Shown piece by piece: positions 27,223-41,549 of a stretch of DNA of 64,000 nt (the first letter of the stretch is position 1; the number at the start of each line of letters is the position of its first letter). The notes under the pieces were generated by a model. That model was not told the origin of the DNA. It saw only the letters and a program-made list of their open reading frames with translations, and did not search any database. The translations under genes and the position numbers were made by a program. Location: NCBI GenBank assembly GCA_951406725.2, contig OX597831.1:51026001-51090000 (forward strand). Direction: 5' to 3'. This DNA comes from Octopus vulgaris. Its lineage: Eukaryota.

Positions 27223-28230
27223 GTGGGCTATAAAATTAGCCTTGTTTTGCACCTTATTAGCTATACTCATGATTGACCTAACTTCCTGTACATACTTATC
27301 CATACACATACACACAAGCACGCAAACACATATATGTATGTGTGTATGCATGTATGTATACAAGAATGTGTGTCTGCGTGTATATGTGTGTGTGCGCGCG
27401 TGTGTGAGTATTTTTGCGTTCGTGTGTGCGTGAGTGTGAGTGCGTGTGTATATGTGCATGTGCATTTGCGTGTGTGTGTGTGAGAGTGAAAGAGAGAGAG
27501 GAGAGAGAAAAGAGAGACATAAGGAAGAAGAGTGATTATATTATACATTTCTTTTTGATTTATTATCAGGAATAAAAGCAGCAATCATAAAGTAATATAA
27601 ATCATTCCACATTATAAAAGCCTCAAGAAAGAAAATCTCAATTTTAAATGTGTGTATGTATGTGTGCGTGAATGTGTTGGTGTGTACGTATGTATGCATG
27701 CGTACATGTATGTATATATGTGTGTATGTTTGTGTGTACACACACATACATATATGTGTATGTATGTATGTATGTATGTATGTATGTATGTATGTATGTA
27801 TGTATGTATGTATGTATGTGTGTATGTATGTATGTATGTATGTAAATCTGTCTTCACGTTCTAAGTTCAAATTTCACCAAGGTTGACTTTGCCTTTCATC
27901 CTCTCTGGGTCGATAAAATAATCACCAGTTGAGCACTGTAGATCGAGGTAATCGACTTACACCCTCCCCCAATTTTTATTGTTCTTCTGCCCCATAATTG
28001 GAGACCAATTTTATTAAGGCAGTGAGCTAGCAAAGTTGTTAGCACGGCAGGAAAAAATTATTAGCAACTTTTCGTCCGTCCTTAAGTTCCGAGTTCAAAT
28101 TCCACCGAGGTCGACTTTGCCTTTCATCTTTTTGGGATCAATAAATTAAGTACCAGTTGAGCACTAGAGTCGATGTAATCGACTAGCCTCCACCCCTAAA
28201 ATTTCAGGCCTTGTGCCTATAGTAAAAAGA

Positions 28231-28272
<42 letters not shown>

Positions 28273-28830
28273 GAATGAGAGAGCGGTGCATGCCATCAAA
28301 GTGACACTGGAGAAAAATATACGAAGCTCAGTATACCCATTATGACTACCCGTCTGATAAGGGTATACCAGGCACATGCATCACAACCATATATGCGCGA
28401 CATGGTGATCTCATTTCAAGATAAACAGCGCATGACCTTGCAGGTGGGGCCCAGTTAGAATTTTCTTCTGGTCAAGTAGCCCATCCCGCTCAAAAGGTCT
28501 CTGAATATGGATTGTTTAAGGATGTTGAACGAACCACCCATGTTTCCAAAGCTGAATTATCCAAACTTCTAAGAATTCCTTTCAACACACGGCTATGATG
28601 TTCTCTCACTACTCCTGCTCATGATCAAAGATGCACATATCGTCAGCCACGAATGGACATGCTCAACTGGTTAAGGTCAAACAATTGACAAGCAAATCTG
28701 TGGTATTGAGCAGAATATTTGCTGTGGCCCATCTTTTAAACCAAGACAAAACAATGTACATGATAACACTTCCAATCAGGTAAGATCAGAAGCCATGAGA
28801 GCCACTATCTGGTACTGCATCAGGACATAA
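28273..28830 (-). mobile_element. Unclassified interspersed-repeat relic ending in (AAT)n
   Basis: GC-richer block abutting the (ATT)n tract at 28232-28272 inside the retroelement pile-up. No convincing protein motif. Confidence 0.3.
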
Positions 28831-28869
28831 GTATACTGCAACAGGGCATAAAAAATATTATTTAAAAAA

Positions 28870-29044
<175 letters not shown>

Positions 29045-29498
29045 TACTTTTTTTTCTATCAAAAGTTCAAACATGAAATATTAATAACTTCCTATACGAA
29101 ATAACATTTTATCTTTAAAGCGAAAAGAAAGAAGACAAAAATATTTTTATATTTTTTTTCTACTAAGTCTTTTTAATAACAATGAATTCTTTTAATATTT
29201 ATTTCTAGCAGCTTCACTTTCACCTTGACTCCCCTATTTTTATCACTTGCTTTTTTTAATTGATCATAAAAAATATTCGTTGTTTTCGATTTTTGTTTTT
29301 GTTTTTTTTTTTTGTGGGGGAGGTTTTTTTTTCGCTTTTTATTGTATAGCTCTAATGTAAAATCATAAATATTTCCCAAAACTGATTCAGTATTTGTCAA
29401 CGTTAACAATTTTTAAAAATATATATAACATGGCGCAGTTTGAATATTCTGTTACTACTGATGCTTCTGGCTTGTTGGCTGGTTGGCTGGTTGACTGA

Positions 29499-29537
<39 letters not shown>

Positions 29538-29872
29538 TCGATAAAAAAATGTACCAGTCAATTGCTGGAGTTGATGCAATCGACCTTTCCCTTCCCCTTA
29601 AAATTATGCTATTGTTGTTGTTGTTGTTGTTGTTGTTATTTAAGGCAGCAAGCTGGTAGAATCGTGAGCACGCCGGGGAAAATGCTTAGCGGCATTTCGT
29701 CCGTCCATACGTTCCAAGATCAAATTCCAGCGAAGTCGACTTTGCCTTTCATCTTTTCGAGATCAATAAATTAAGTACCATTCAAGTACTGGGGTCGATA
29801 TAATCGACTATCCCCCTCCCCATAAATTCCAGACCTTGTGCCTATAGTAGAAAGGATTATTATTATTATTAT

Positions 29873-30550
29873 TCAGTAGTTTTATTTTTATAGCGTGCTT
29901 TCACTTCACTACCGAGCGCAGCTCTGTGTGCCTTGGGTATGTGCTGTGATTTGTTGTGATGCTCTGATGGTTATTGTATGGAAAGTGCTCTGCGTAGGAT
30001 GTGTGCAGTGCCTAGTAGTGCAATTTTCTGTATGATATATGTGTTTGTAAGTCCTGGTGTTTTTGTTATGTATTTGTCTGAATATTTTTTTATCATGCCT
30101 AATGCACCTACTATGATAGGAATTGTTTCTGTTTTCAGATTCCACATTCTAGTTACCTCTATTTCCAGGTCTTTGTATTTTGAGAGTTTCTCCATTTCTT
30201 TTAGAGACACGTTGTCATCTGCCGGTATTGATACATCAATTAGAAAGCATTTTTTTCTTCATGATCTCTGACAACTATATCTGGTCTGTTGGCCTTAATT
30301 TCTCTATCTGTGTGTATCGGCATATCCCAGAGTATTGTTGCTTTCTCGTTTTCTGTAACCTTTTCTGGTGTGTGCCTATACCATCTTTTTTCTGTTGTTA
30401 TTCCATAATGTTGGCATAGCTTCCAGTGTATGTAGGTTCCAACTCTGTCATGTCTGTGAATATATTCCTTCTTAGCCAGGATTGGGCAGCTAGAGATAAT
30501 ATGATTTATTGTTTCTTGTCCATCTCCACATATTCTGCAAATATTTCTTT
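29873..30550 (-). mobile_element. R4/Dong-like LINE 3' fragment
   Basis: ORFs 30240..30554 (CRICGDGQETINHIISSC...RHDRV...WDMPIHTD...NRPDIVV) and 29971..30210 (EKLSKYKDL...PIIVGALG...ALLGTAHILRRAL), bounded by (ATT)n on both sides. Confidence 0.92.
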
Positions 30551-30599
<49 letters not shown>

Positions 30600-30600
<1 letters not shown>

Positions 30601-31975
30601 TGTTTGACTTTTGCTTTGTATTTCTACAAGTTGGTTCCAAGTCTCACCTAGAGACCTCAAGAGACAACTAGTTAGAAGTTTATGTTGGTGTTATGCCTAG
30701 GGTGTCATATATTTGGTTTTGCACATAATATTGTTCTAGAGAATGTTTAAGAAAACATAAGAAAATTATAAGTTTGTTTTAAAATTTGAGATTACATGCA
30801 CAATTTTTTACGTAGAATATGGGCAGTTCCCATGAGCACTATCTTTTGAATTTCTGCAATTTTGGGGTTTCCTGGTATCTGAGCTAGGTAGCAATCAGCC
30901 CCTTTTGCTATCATTAGTAGGACATCTATGACAACAGGTATTGTTTTAGTCTTGAGGTTCCACATTTTGCCAATTTCTATTTCAAGATCTTTATACTTGT
31001 TCAGGTTTTGGCAGGACTCCATTTTTTTTCCCAGATGTTCGTACATTGTTTCTGCGAGTATTCCAGTCAATTAATTTCCACATAAGTGGCAAACAGGATA
31101 TCGGCCTATAATTGTCTACCGTATTGCCTTTTTCGATGTTTTTCAAGCACAGCACTGTCCTGCCCAATGTCAACCAATCTGGTGTTATTTGGTCGGCATT
31201 TAACAAGGTGTTGAGTTGTGCAACTATTCATACATGACATTCACCGAATCTTTTGATCCAGTAGCCTTGAACTCCATCTGGTCCCGGAGCCTTCCAGTTG
31301 CTCTTTCTTTTTTGCTGATTTCCTTCACTTCCCTTACTAAAATGACTAGTTCTACCTGTTTGGGGCAGACTAATGTTTGCTTCAGTTCTTGCAAGCACTC
31401 AGCATCCTATGCTCCTTGTCTTTGCTCCAGATGTCACTCCAAAACCTTTGACTTTCATTGTTATCTGGTATCAACTTTTCATCTGTACACTCTCCATTTA
31501 TTTTTTATAGCATCTCTTCTGATCTACTCTGAGTAACCTATTCTGGTGGTAACCCTTCATTTTTTAGTCGTATCTTACCATCTTTGCTTTCTTTGCAACA
31601 AGGCACTGTTTCAGTTCCTCCATTACCACTTTCAAGCCCTTTCTTTCAATATTATACTTCCTTTTCAGCGCCCTGTATTTTTATTCGCTTTTAAGCTCTC
31701 CTTTCTCTCTTCGATCAAATAGAAATTTTCTTCGAGAGCATATCTAACCCTGCCTGTATTCTTCTTTTCCACCACGGAGATCTTCTTTTGTCACTCCCAT
31801 TATATTTCTTTTTCTTGACACCAACATCCGCGTTTTCTGCTACAACAATATTTGCTGCCTTGATCAAATTATTTGTTCCTGCGATGTTGTTTGTTCTGAT
31901 GTATTTCAGAATTTCATTGACATTTTTCGTTTCTTGCTTCAATTTCTACCGATCAATCTTTTAAGGTTGTAAATA
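30600..31975 (-). mobile_element. Internally deleted R4/Dong-like LINE
   Basis: PWWKRRI (N-terminal region) and [11 protein letters not shown]...[14 protein letters not shown] (RT N-terminus) joined directly to [24 protein letters not shown]...GTAHILRK (RLE end); flanked by (ATT)n. Confidence 0.85.
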
Positions 31976-32279
31976 TTATAATCATTATTATTATTATTAT
32001 TATTATTATTAAGGCGACGAGCTGGCAGAACCCTTAACAAGCTGGGCAAAATGCTTAGCGGCTGTTCATCCGTCCTTGTGTTCTGAGTTCAAGTTTCGCT
32101 GAGGTCGACTTTACCTTTCATTTTTTCTGAATCGATAAAATAAGTACCAGTGAAACACTGGGATCGATATAATCGACAAGCACCCCTCTCCCAATTTTCA
32201 GACCTTGTGCCTATAGTAGGAAGGATCGTTGTTGTTGTTGTTGTTGTTACTATTGCTGTTGTTGTTACTGTTATTATCG

Positions 32280-32660
32280 TGGAGGCGCAATGGCCCAGTG
32301 GTTAGGGCAGCGGACTCGCGGTCGTAGGATCGCGGTTTCGATTCCCAGACCGGGCGTTGTGAGTGTTTATTGAGCGAAAACACCTAAAGCTCCACGAGGC
32401 TCCGGCAGGGGATGGTGGTGATCCCTGCTGTACTCTTTCACCACAACTTTCTCTCACTCTTACTTCCTGTTTCTGTTGTACCTGTATTTCAAAGGGCCGG
32501 CCTTGTCACTCTCTGTGTCACGCTGAATATCCCCGAGAACTGCGTCAAGGGTACACGTGTCTGTGGAGTGCTCAGCCACTTACACGTTAATTTCACGAGC
32601 AGGCTGTTCCGTTGATCGGATCAACCGGAACCCTCGTCGTCGTAACCGACGGAGTGCTTC
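32280..32660 (+). mobile_element. tRNA-derived SINE family C
   Basis: Pol III A box TGGCCCAGTGG and B box GTTTCGATTCC in the head ggaggcgcaatggcccagtggttagggcagcggactcgcggtcgtaggatcgcggtttcgattccc. Related copies at about 53540-53830(+), 59235-59537(-), 63335-63655(+), 10965-11215(-), 33630-33960(-), 38550-38880(+) and 56505-56835(-). Confidence 0.85.
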
Positions 32661-34436
32661 CGCTGTTATTATCAGTAGCAGCAGCACCCTCATCATCATT
32701 ATTATTACTATTTTATCGACACCGAAATTATGGAAGTCCGAGGTTGATGTTGCTTTTTATTCCTCAAGGATCGGCAAAATAAAAGTATCAGTCATGTACC
32801 GGAGGGGTGGAGGAGAATGGAATCGGCCATATACACAAATTCGTTGGTCTTTTTTCCAAAATTTGAAACAATTTTGTCTTTCATAATTTCGGGGGTCGAT
32901 AAAATAAGTACCAGCTGAGCGCTGGGCTCGATGTAATCGACTAAACCCTCTCCCAAATTTTCAGGCCTAGCGCCTATAGTAAGAAAGAACCACTACTACG
33001 ATGACGACGACGACGACGGCGAAGACGACGACGACGGCGAAGACGACGACGACGGCGAAGATGACGACAAGGGCGATGACGGCGACAGAAGGCGCGTTTT
33101 CAGATGTAATTGTTGTGCTAATGTAGTTGTTTTTCTAACCCTGATCAAGAAGATCAGTATATCCAGAAAGTAAAAGGGCAAAAGGAAAGAGAAAGGGGGA
33201 GCATAAAAGCGAACAAAATAGGCGCAGGAGTGGCTGTGTGGTAAGTAGCTTGCTTACCAACTATATGCTTTCGGGTTCAGTCCCACTGCGTGGCACGTTG
33301 GGCATGTGTCTTCTACAATAGCCTCGGGCCGACCAAAACCTTGTGAGTGGATTTGGTAGACGGAACCTGAAAGAAGCCCGTCGTATATATGTATATATAT
33401 GTATATGTGTGTGTGTATATGTTTGTGTGTCTGTGTTTGTCCCCCCAACATCACTTGGCAACCGATGCTGGTGTGTTTACATCCCCGTAACTTAGCGGTT
33501 CGGCAAAGAATAAGTACTAGGCTTACAAAGAATAAATCCTGGAGTCGATTTGCTCCAGTAAAGGTGGTGCTCCAGTAAAGGTGGTGCTCCAGCATGGCTG
33601 CAGCCAAACGAATGAAACAAGTAAAAGAGACTCCTTTTGGTCATGAATGACCATGGGATTGCACCTAGAAAGTTACTCTCTGAGGCACAAGTCCACGTAA
33701 GGTTGTTTATGGAAGACCAGCCGTCACCCAAGGATACCAGCCTCTCACTCCACACCACCGATGTTATCCAAGAGAAAAAAAAAATGCCAATAACAGCTTG
33801 GCACCAGTGACATCACAATTCATTTCTACAGTGAGTGAACTGGAGCAACGTGAAATAAAGTGCCTTGCTCAAGAACACAACAAACAGCCCAGTCCGGGAA
33901 TCGAACTCACTACCTCATGATTGTGAACCCGATGCTCTAACCACTGAGCCATACACCTACACAGAAAGTATCATGCCAGTTATTCATCAACCTCACCTTT
34001 ACATACTCTCACATACATTATTCTCTTTATGATATATGCACACACACACACACACATACAAACCTGCGTAAGTGTCTTATGTTCACAAATTTGTATGTAT
34101 ACACGCATGCAATCCCATACATATTTACTTTGTACACGCACATTTTTCTATTTTTCCCATTCCATGAAAATAATTAAACAAGTCATTTAACACAACTTTT
34201 AACATGCCATAACTATGGTTAATATAGAATAAATCTGTAAAGTAGTGTAAAATAATGACTTGTAGAAGTCATTACTTCACAAACTTCAACATTAGAGCTT
34301 TGACCTCTACCAGAATTCATCCATTTAAGAAATATTTGGCTGTCATAACATTAACTTGTTATTGATCAGATGTCAGCTCAATGTGCATTGATTTGCAACT
34401 TCGTAATACCTATTCCGTTTTAATTTTATGCTTCAG

Positions 34437-34496
34437 AATATTGTACGAAGTGTGGGTTCATTTAACCTTTGAATGCACGTGATAAACTGCATTCCG
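34437..34496 (+). other. Candidate exon with strong splice sites but a stop in all three frames
   Basis: taattttatgcttcag| ... CCG|gtatgt. Entering in phase 2 gives ILYEVWVHLTFECT*; a single 1-nt deletion would open it into the next exon. Confidence 0.35.
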
Positions 34497-34560
34497 GTAT
34501 GTATATATTTATATGGAAGAGAATGAGAATGAATTAGAAATATTTCCCTGTGATATTTAG

Positions 34561-34642
34561 CATTGCAGTCTTGGAGTTTCAATACAGACAAGCAAACATT
34601 TTGGTCAACTATTCAATATGATTTCAGAATAGAGACCTTGGA
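34561..34642 (+). CDS. Candidate coding exon of the + strand gene (phase 1 to 2)
   Basis: tttccctgtgatatttag| ... GA|gtaaat; reads LQSWSFNTDKQTFWSTIQYDFRIETL(D). FRIETLD recalls ASM-family YRIYTID. The end phase matches exon 37889. Confidence 0.45.
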
Positions 34643-34644
34643 GT

Positions 34645-34866
34645 AAATGTTGATAACATAAAATTCAAAGGTTCACTGAATAAATTTCTTCAAAAAAATC
34701 CCGGACCAGCCTCCTACACCCGGATATGTCTCCAACAATAGTAACTCTTTGCTAGATTGGGTCATGGTGCCCTATATATATGACTAACTAAAAGACATCA
34801 CCAAGTGGTGCTATTAAGTTAGACATGGCCTGGGCCTATACAGCCCGAAACCTGTCAAAGCTATCA
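34645..34866 (+). mobile_element. CR1-group LINE 3' end
   Basis: FKGSLNKFLQK/PDQPPTPGYVSNNSNSLLDW resembles the FKxxLDKFLxxIPDxP..PGY...SNSL terminus. Confidence 0.55.
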
Positions 34867-35007
34867 TACATGCATGCACATATATTGGATAGATAGACAG
34901 ACAGATACACAGACAGGCAGGCAGGCAGGCAGACAGACAGGCAAGCAGATAGATAGATAGAGATAAATAGACATACATACAGACAGACAGACAGGCAGAT
35001 AGATGGA

Positions 35008-35164
<157 letters not shown>

Positions 35165-36514
35165 TAGCTGCAGCAATAAGTGTATGAATCTGAGAAGGGA
35201 ATATGTTTAATAAAATTATAATTGATCCTCCTGTATTTTTCTTTTACCTAAAGCCAGAAATTTTCCAGCATCCCCAACGGGGGTTGATTTTGCCTTTCAT
35301 CCTTTCGGGGTCGATAAATTAAGAACAAATTGCGTACTGGGGTCGATCTAATTGACTGGCCCCTCCCCCAAAATTTTGGGCCTTGTGCCTAGAGTAGAAA
35401 AGAATATTATATTTGGCGGCGAGCTGGCAGAGTCGTTAGCACGCCGTGCGAAATGCTTGGCAGTATTTCGTCTGCTGCTACGTTCTGAGTTCAAATTCCG
35501 CCGAGGTTGACTTTGCCTTTCATCCTTTCGGGGTCGATAAATAAAGTACCAGCTACACACTGGGGTCGATGTAATCGACTTAATACCTATATCTGTCCTT
35601 GTTTGTCCCCTCTATGTTTAGCCCCTTGTGGGCAGTAAAGAAATATATTATACTTACAGGTGACGAGCTGGCAGTGAATTATAGAGAGAAGAATGTACAA
35701 CACAGAAATAAAAGATATCAAATGTTAAATTTCTCAATACCATTAAGAGGAGTATCCAATACATAAATCACTGTTTATATCGTTTATTTAAGATGTAAAG
35801 CGTAAAAATTCAGGTAATGAGGATGAAAAAACATTTTAATATGTGTATATTATAAATATGTTTTATATATATATACATATATTACATATATGTTATACAT
35901 ATAGATATGTTATATATATTAAAAATGTTACGTATTTTATATATATATATATATTACATATTTATCATATATATATATATATTGCATAGTGTTAATGGAA
36001 AGAAAGTATAAATCTTAAAAATACAAATTTAAAAATGTATAAAAATTTTGAAGAAATTTGACAACAAAAATGAAATTACCATATAGTTAAGAGTAGATAC
36101 ATACACACAAACACACGCACAATCACATATACACAGACACTCGTGTACATATATATACATATTATGAATGAAAGTAGTCTGAGAACTACGTAATATTTTG
36201 CAAGGTCATGACAACAGAGATTAAATGTTAAAAGAGCAGTAAAGCTATTAGTTTATCGGTAAATGTTAAATAGTTATAGCTTAAAACAAAAGCAATAAAT
36301 TTGGAATAATTTTCCAAAAAAAAATAAATAAAATACAATACAAAATTCAATAATGAATATCAAATAGTTTTGTTTTTTATTTGTTTTTTTGTTATATTAT
36401 TTTTTTTTTATTTTTCAATCTTATTTTATCAAAGAGGCTGAGATTGGTACTTCAAATTTCAAATAAATGAAGAACACTTAATATCATTTATGATACTAAG
36501 AAGTACTATAACAG

Positions 36515-36547
<33 letters not shown>

Positions 36548-37016
36548 TATATATATAGACACACATAAATATATATATTTACACACATATATATACATAC
36601 ACACACATGCGTGTATGTGTGTGTATGACTTCTCCAATTTTGACATTAGCACTTTCTCAGATGAAGTAGAAACGTCTGTTAGTAAAAACTGCAACGAAAA
36701 CAATTTTTAAAAATTCATATTTCAGATAATTGTATAATTTTTGATTAGTAGTTTATAGACACATACATATACATTCATATGTATGCATATATACATATGC
36801 TAAAATAGCAGCATATCTTGGACTTAATGGTAGCCGTCTTGGAGTTTCTGGATCTCTCCAGTCTGCATTCCAGAGGCTTGAAATGGTCAGGCTGCCGTTA
36901 GAGGCTTGCGAAATTTGAAGTAGCATAAAACCAAATCAACTGCTTTAAATATTATATATACATAAATTCTATATATGTATATAAAGAATATATAATATAT
37001 ACATATACATTCATAT

Positions 37017-37126
<110 letters not shown>

Positions 37127-37216
37127 GGACAGATAGATAATATATATGTATATATATTTATATATATATATATATATAAACAATATATATATATATATAT
37201 GGACAGATAGATAATA

Positions 37217-37272
<56 letters not shown>

Positions 37273-37687
37273 TATATATATATATATAAAAAAAAAAAAA
37301 TGCATACACGCATGGATATATACATATATATTCACACATATATATTAGTGCATATATATATATATATACACACACACACATACATACATATATGCATACA
37401 TGCATACATATACACATATATACTCACTCACATATATATATTAGTATGTGTGTGTGTGTGTATATACACACATATATATATATATATATATACATAGAAA
37501 ATTAATTCTACTTTCATTAGAGTCATTTCTGGCTTTAACAAAGTAGCGGACTGAAGGAATGGTACAAGCATGGGGGAGGGGGTGAAGAGACACAATAGTA
37601 ATCAATAGAAGGTAATTGGAAGAGAAATAAAGAAGAGAGAAGTGATGAATTGCAAGAGAAGGACTAAAGTGAAAATATATGCAAACA

Positions 37688-37725
<38 letters not shown>

Positions 37726-37888
37726 TATACACACAAATATATATATATACATATAAACACAAATATATACATATATAAACAAATATATATATATATATAT
37801 ATATAATAAAACCATTATTGTATGTGATATTTTAGGAGTATTTTAATTAACTCCATCTTCTGATGTTTCCTTTTTTTTTTCTTTCCAG

Positions 37889-37957
37889 CCAATCATTTTT
37901 GTTGTTGAACCAATTAGAGAGCATCTATGTGAGTACTCAAAGTAGCAAGATATATAA
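37889..37957 (+). CDS. Coding exon, + strand gene (phase 2 to 2)
   Basis: Very strong acceptor tttcctttttttttctttccag|; donor AA|gtaaga (alternative donor gtgagt at 37929); reads QSFLLLNQLESIYVSTQSSKIY(K). Confidence 0.65.
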
Positions 37958-38032
37958 GTAAGAGAACATTTTGTAGAGTATCCTCAAAAGACTCCCTATA
38001 AATTGCAAATACTCTCCTCACTTCAATTTTAG

Positions 38033-38140
38033 AATGAATTATTCCCTTCAATATAATCAGAGATGGCCATATTCGGAACACATTGGAAAAGAATCTTTGG
38101 TTGGCTATTTCCATACCAAAGGATCTCTTGAACAGATCAG
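38033..38140 (+). CDS. Coding exon, + strand gene (phase 2 to 2)
   Basis: ctcctcacttcaattttag| ... CAG|gttggg; the only open frame reads MNYSLQYNQRWPYSEHIGKESLVGYFHTKGSLEQI(S). Confidence 0.7.
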
Positions 38141-38889
38141 GTTGGGACTTTACGACTACTACAATTAATACATTTCTACTACTACTACTACTACTACTAC
38201 TTCTGTGAAAACTTTCAATGCCGATTTCTTACTTAGACACAAAGTCAATCCCAAACAGAATTTAAATTGAAAAATATAGAGCAACAAATTTAAATCGTAA
38301 GTGATATGAAAATGGAGGGGGGCGGGCACACGTGTGTGTGTGTGTGTGTGCGTGCGTACTTTTATTTTGCTTAAGCAATACAAGACTAATAACTTAGTGT
38401 AGAACTCAATTTACATATGTTTCAAAACAAAATGGTCAACGAGTATCGAGTGATAAGAAAAAGAGATGACACAAGAAAAACAATGGTTCTGTAATGAACT
38501 TCCTTAACCTACAGCTGCTTCTGCTATAAGATGTAGTGGACTAAAAGTGGATGGCTCAGCAATTAGAGTGTCAGACTTACAATCATGAGGATATGAGTTC
38601 AATTCCTCTTGGACTGAGCTGTGTTGTGTTCTTGAGCAAGACACTTTATTTCATATTACTCCAGTTCACTCAGCTGTAGAAATTAGTTGATACATCACTG
38701 GAATCAAGCTGCATTGGCTTTTGCCTTTACATGGACAACATCGATGGCATGGAGAGAGAGGCTGGTATGCATGGGAGACTGCTGGTCTTCTACAAAACAA
38801 CCTTGCCTGGACTTATGCCTCAGAGGGGAACTCTCTAGTTGCGATCTCATAGTCATTCATGACTGAAGGAGGAGGTCTTTACTCTTTTT

Positions 38890-38946
<57 letters not shown>

Positions 38947-38985
38947 CATGTATGTGTGTATACATATGCATGTTTGTGTCTGCAT

Positions 38986-39019
<34 letters not shown>

Positions 39020-40530
39020 TCCATACAAGTCAAAGGCTACAAGCAGTATTGTTGTCGTTTCTCCTGTCAGCCAATTTTCATTTTCTTTGTGCTTTCAAAT
39101 TCATGTGAAATAAGACGTCCCTAATTTTAAAAATAAAAATAAACAAGGAATGGTTAGCAACAAAAAGGATATCCAGCTGTAAAACAATGCCTAAAAAATA
39201 TATTTATCTAACCCACACGAGCATTGAAATCATCATCATCATTGTCATCATTTAATGTCCGCTTTCCATGCTGGCATGGGTTGGACGGTTTGACTGAGTA
39301 CTGGTGAGCCAGAGGCTGCACCAGGCTCAATCTGATCTGGCAAAGTTTCTACAGCTGGATGCCCTTTCTAATGCCAACCACTCCAAGAGTGTAGTGGGTG
39401 CTTTGACGTGCTACCAGCACGAGTGCCAGTGAAATGAATGAAACTTTGTCTCGGCTTGCACCTGCAGATGTAGAAATAGGAGCAATTAAAACCCAAGAAC
39501 AAAAGCAGTATATTGACAAAATTTAGATGGATAGCCACAGCTAAAATTACTGAGGATGCAAACAGCTGCCTCTATTCCAGTTCTCATTTCACATAAAATC
39601 AGCCAGAGCAATCCCACCTACAACCTGTTCTACCACAATCATGATTCAATAAGACAGTCTTAACAGGGTCGTTCAACCTGTTAGGCAAAGCAGCCTAACA
39701 ACTTCTGAAATAACACTCCAACATCATTCAAAGAAAAAAGATGTAGAGAAAAAAAAATGAATAGTCATGGTTGGAATGCATTTGATCTTAAGTCTGCTCA
39801 AGTAGTGCTGAATTGGGTATAAACAATGTGGAGACCTCGATGTAGTCAAACTACCAGCTAGAAATCTCTCCCTCAGATCAGATCTGACTATTTTGAAAAT
39901 GGATGGATGTATTAGATATATAGTACTGGATATGCAAAAATGAGATGGGCTTGGATTGAATGCTTTCGATCAAAAGTTTGCTCAATCAGGGGAAAATGAA
40001 ACTATCAATCTATTTTTAAAACCCCTCTGTCTATCCATCTATCAGTCTATCTATCAATCCCTCTATTTATCTAGCTATCCCTCAATCCTTCTTTCTAGCT
40101 ATCTATCAATCAACCTTCTATCCATTTATCTATTGATCTAACTCTTTCTCTCCATCTATCCATCAATATTTTATCTATCTATTACCCTTTCTCTTTCTAT
40201 CAATCACTCCGTCTCCCTCACTCTTTCCCAACCTCTCTATCTGTCCCTCTAACTATATATCTATCCATCTTTCTCTTTCTCATCTTTTCTACGTGTCCCT
40301 CTATCTAATATGTAACATGGACATAATAATTAATAACCTAATAGATGTCATTACAACTTTTAGAGTCGTAAATACTAGTTCCAACTTCAAACCAATTTTC
40401 ATTTTTCCCTTCAACAAACATTCTCTGAAATGTTTGCATTTCCGTGTCCCCTAATTGATATTCTGTTTGATTTTTTGATGTTTGGCTCAGATTATGTATT
40501 TCCTTCCATTAACTAACACGTTTGTTTTAG

Positions 40531-40583
40531 CTATGATTCATCACCACAAGAGCTGAGACAACTAATAAAAAGAATAGTACATT
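40531..40583 (+). CDS. Coding exon, + strand gene (phase 2 to 1)
   Basis: Branch point actaac plus tttgttttag|; donor T|gtatgt; reads YDSSPQELRQLIKRIVH(S). Confidence 0.7.
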
Positions 40584-41549
40584 GTATGTACACACAAACA
40601 CACTTATATATGCAGGGAGAGAGAGGAGAGAGAGAGAGAGAGAGAGAGACCAATGTACTATTGGTAACCCAAACCACATTCTGCATTTAATACATTTTTT
40701 GTCTTTTCTGTTGCTAATGTTTTAATCACACATGCACAAATATATATGAGTGTGTGTATGCACATATGTATGTGTGTGTGAGTAAATGTGAGTAGCCATG
40801 TTACTCCACTACAAGGACATATTCTGTCACGTCCCCTTCTCATACCTTAACCTTCATCTCCCAACATAAAGCTGTCCACTCTTCCACAGGTTTCATAGTC
40901 TTGTGAGCAATATGGTGACCTTACTAGTAACTGGTGGCACAAGAAAAACAAAGTACAGTGAAATCATGCCAAAATATCATGTATACCCTTATTGAACATC
41001 AAACAGATTACTGGCAGGGGTATGCATGTATTTTTTTTAAGTCAATAATTTTACTGATTTTTGCAGTTTATTGATTCCAACATGGGTTGTGGTGAAAAGA
41101 TTGCACAGTCCATTATAAACCAGTAATTGTTGACATGCCAACGAGATAACACAAGATTCCTTTCATTGAAACTGATGAAACAATTGTAAACTAAGCAACA
41201 ACTGCAATTTGACTGTTGCTCAACAGATTCTGATAAAACAAGAACCAAACTAAAAAAGTAAGTAGTGGAGTCAATTTGTTCAACTAAAACCCTTTGAGAT
41301 GATGCCCCAGCATAGCCACTGTCTAATGACTGAAACAAGTAAAAGATGATATAACAAAAAAATCTTCTCTTATAGGTACAAAACTATAAATTTTGAGAGG
41401 TGTGCATGTTTGACTACAACATCAGCAAATCACTGGTTTTTTTATTTTTTGAACCCTACATGATGAGAAGCATAGTTGATCCAATGCGAGCTTGAAATCA
41501 GAATATGAAAAAATGTAACTCAATCAAAGAAGAATTAATGCTTTCTAAC

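Noticed and set aside
32280-32355. tRNA gene
   Set aside because: tRNA-like head continuous with a multi-copy SINE body; no proper acceptor stem or terminator.
37521-37611. Coding exon (AG...G|gtaatt)
   Set aside because: Stops in all three frames; at most a non-coding or poison exon.
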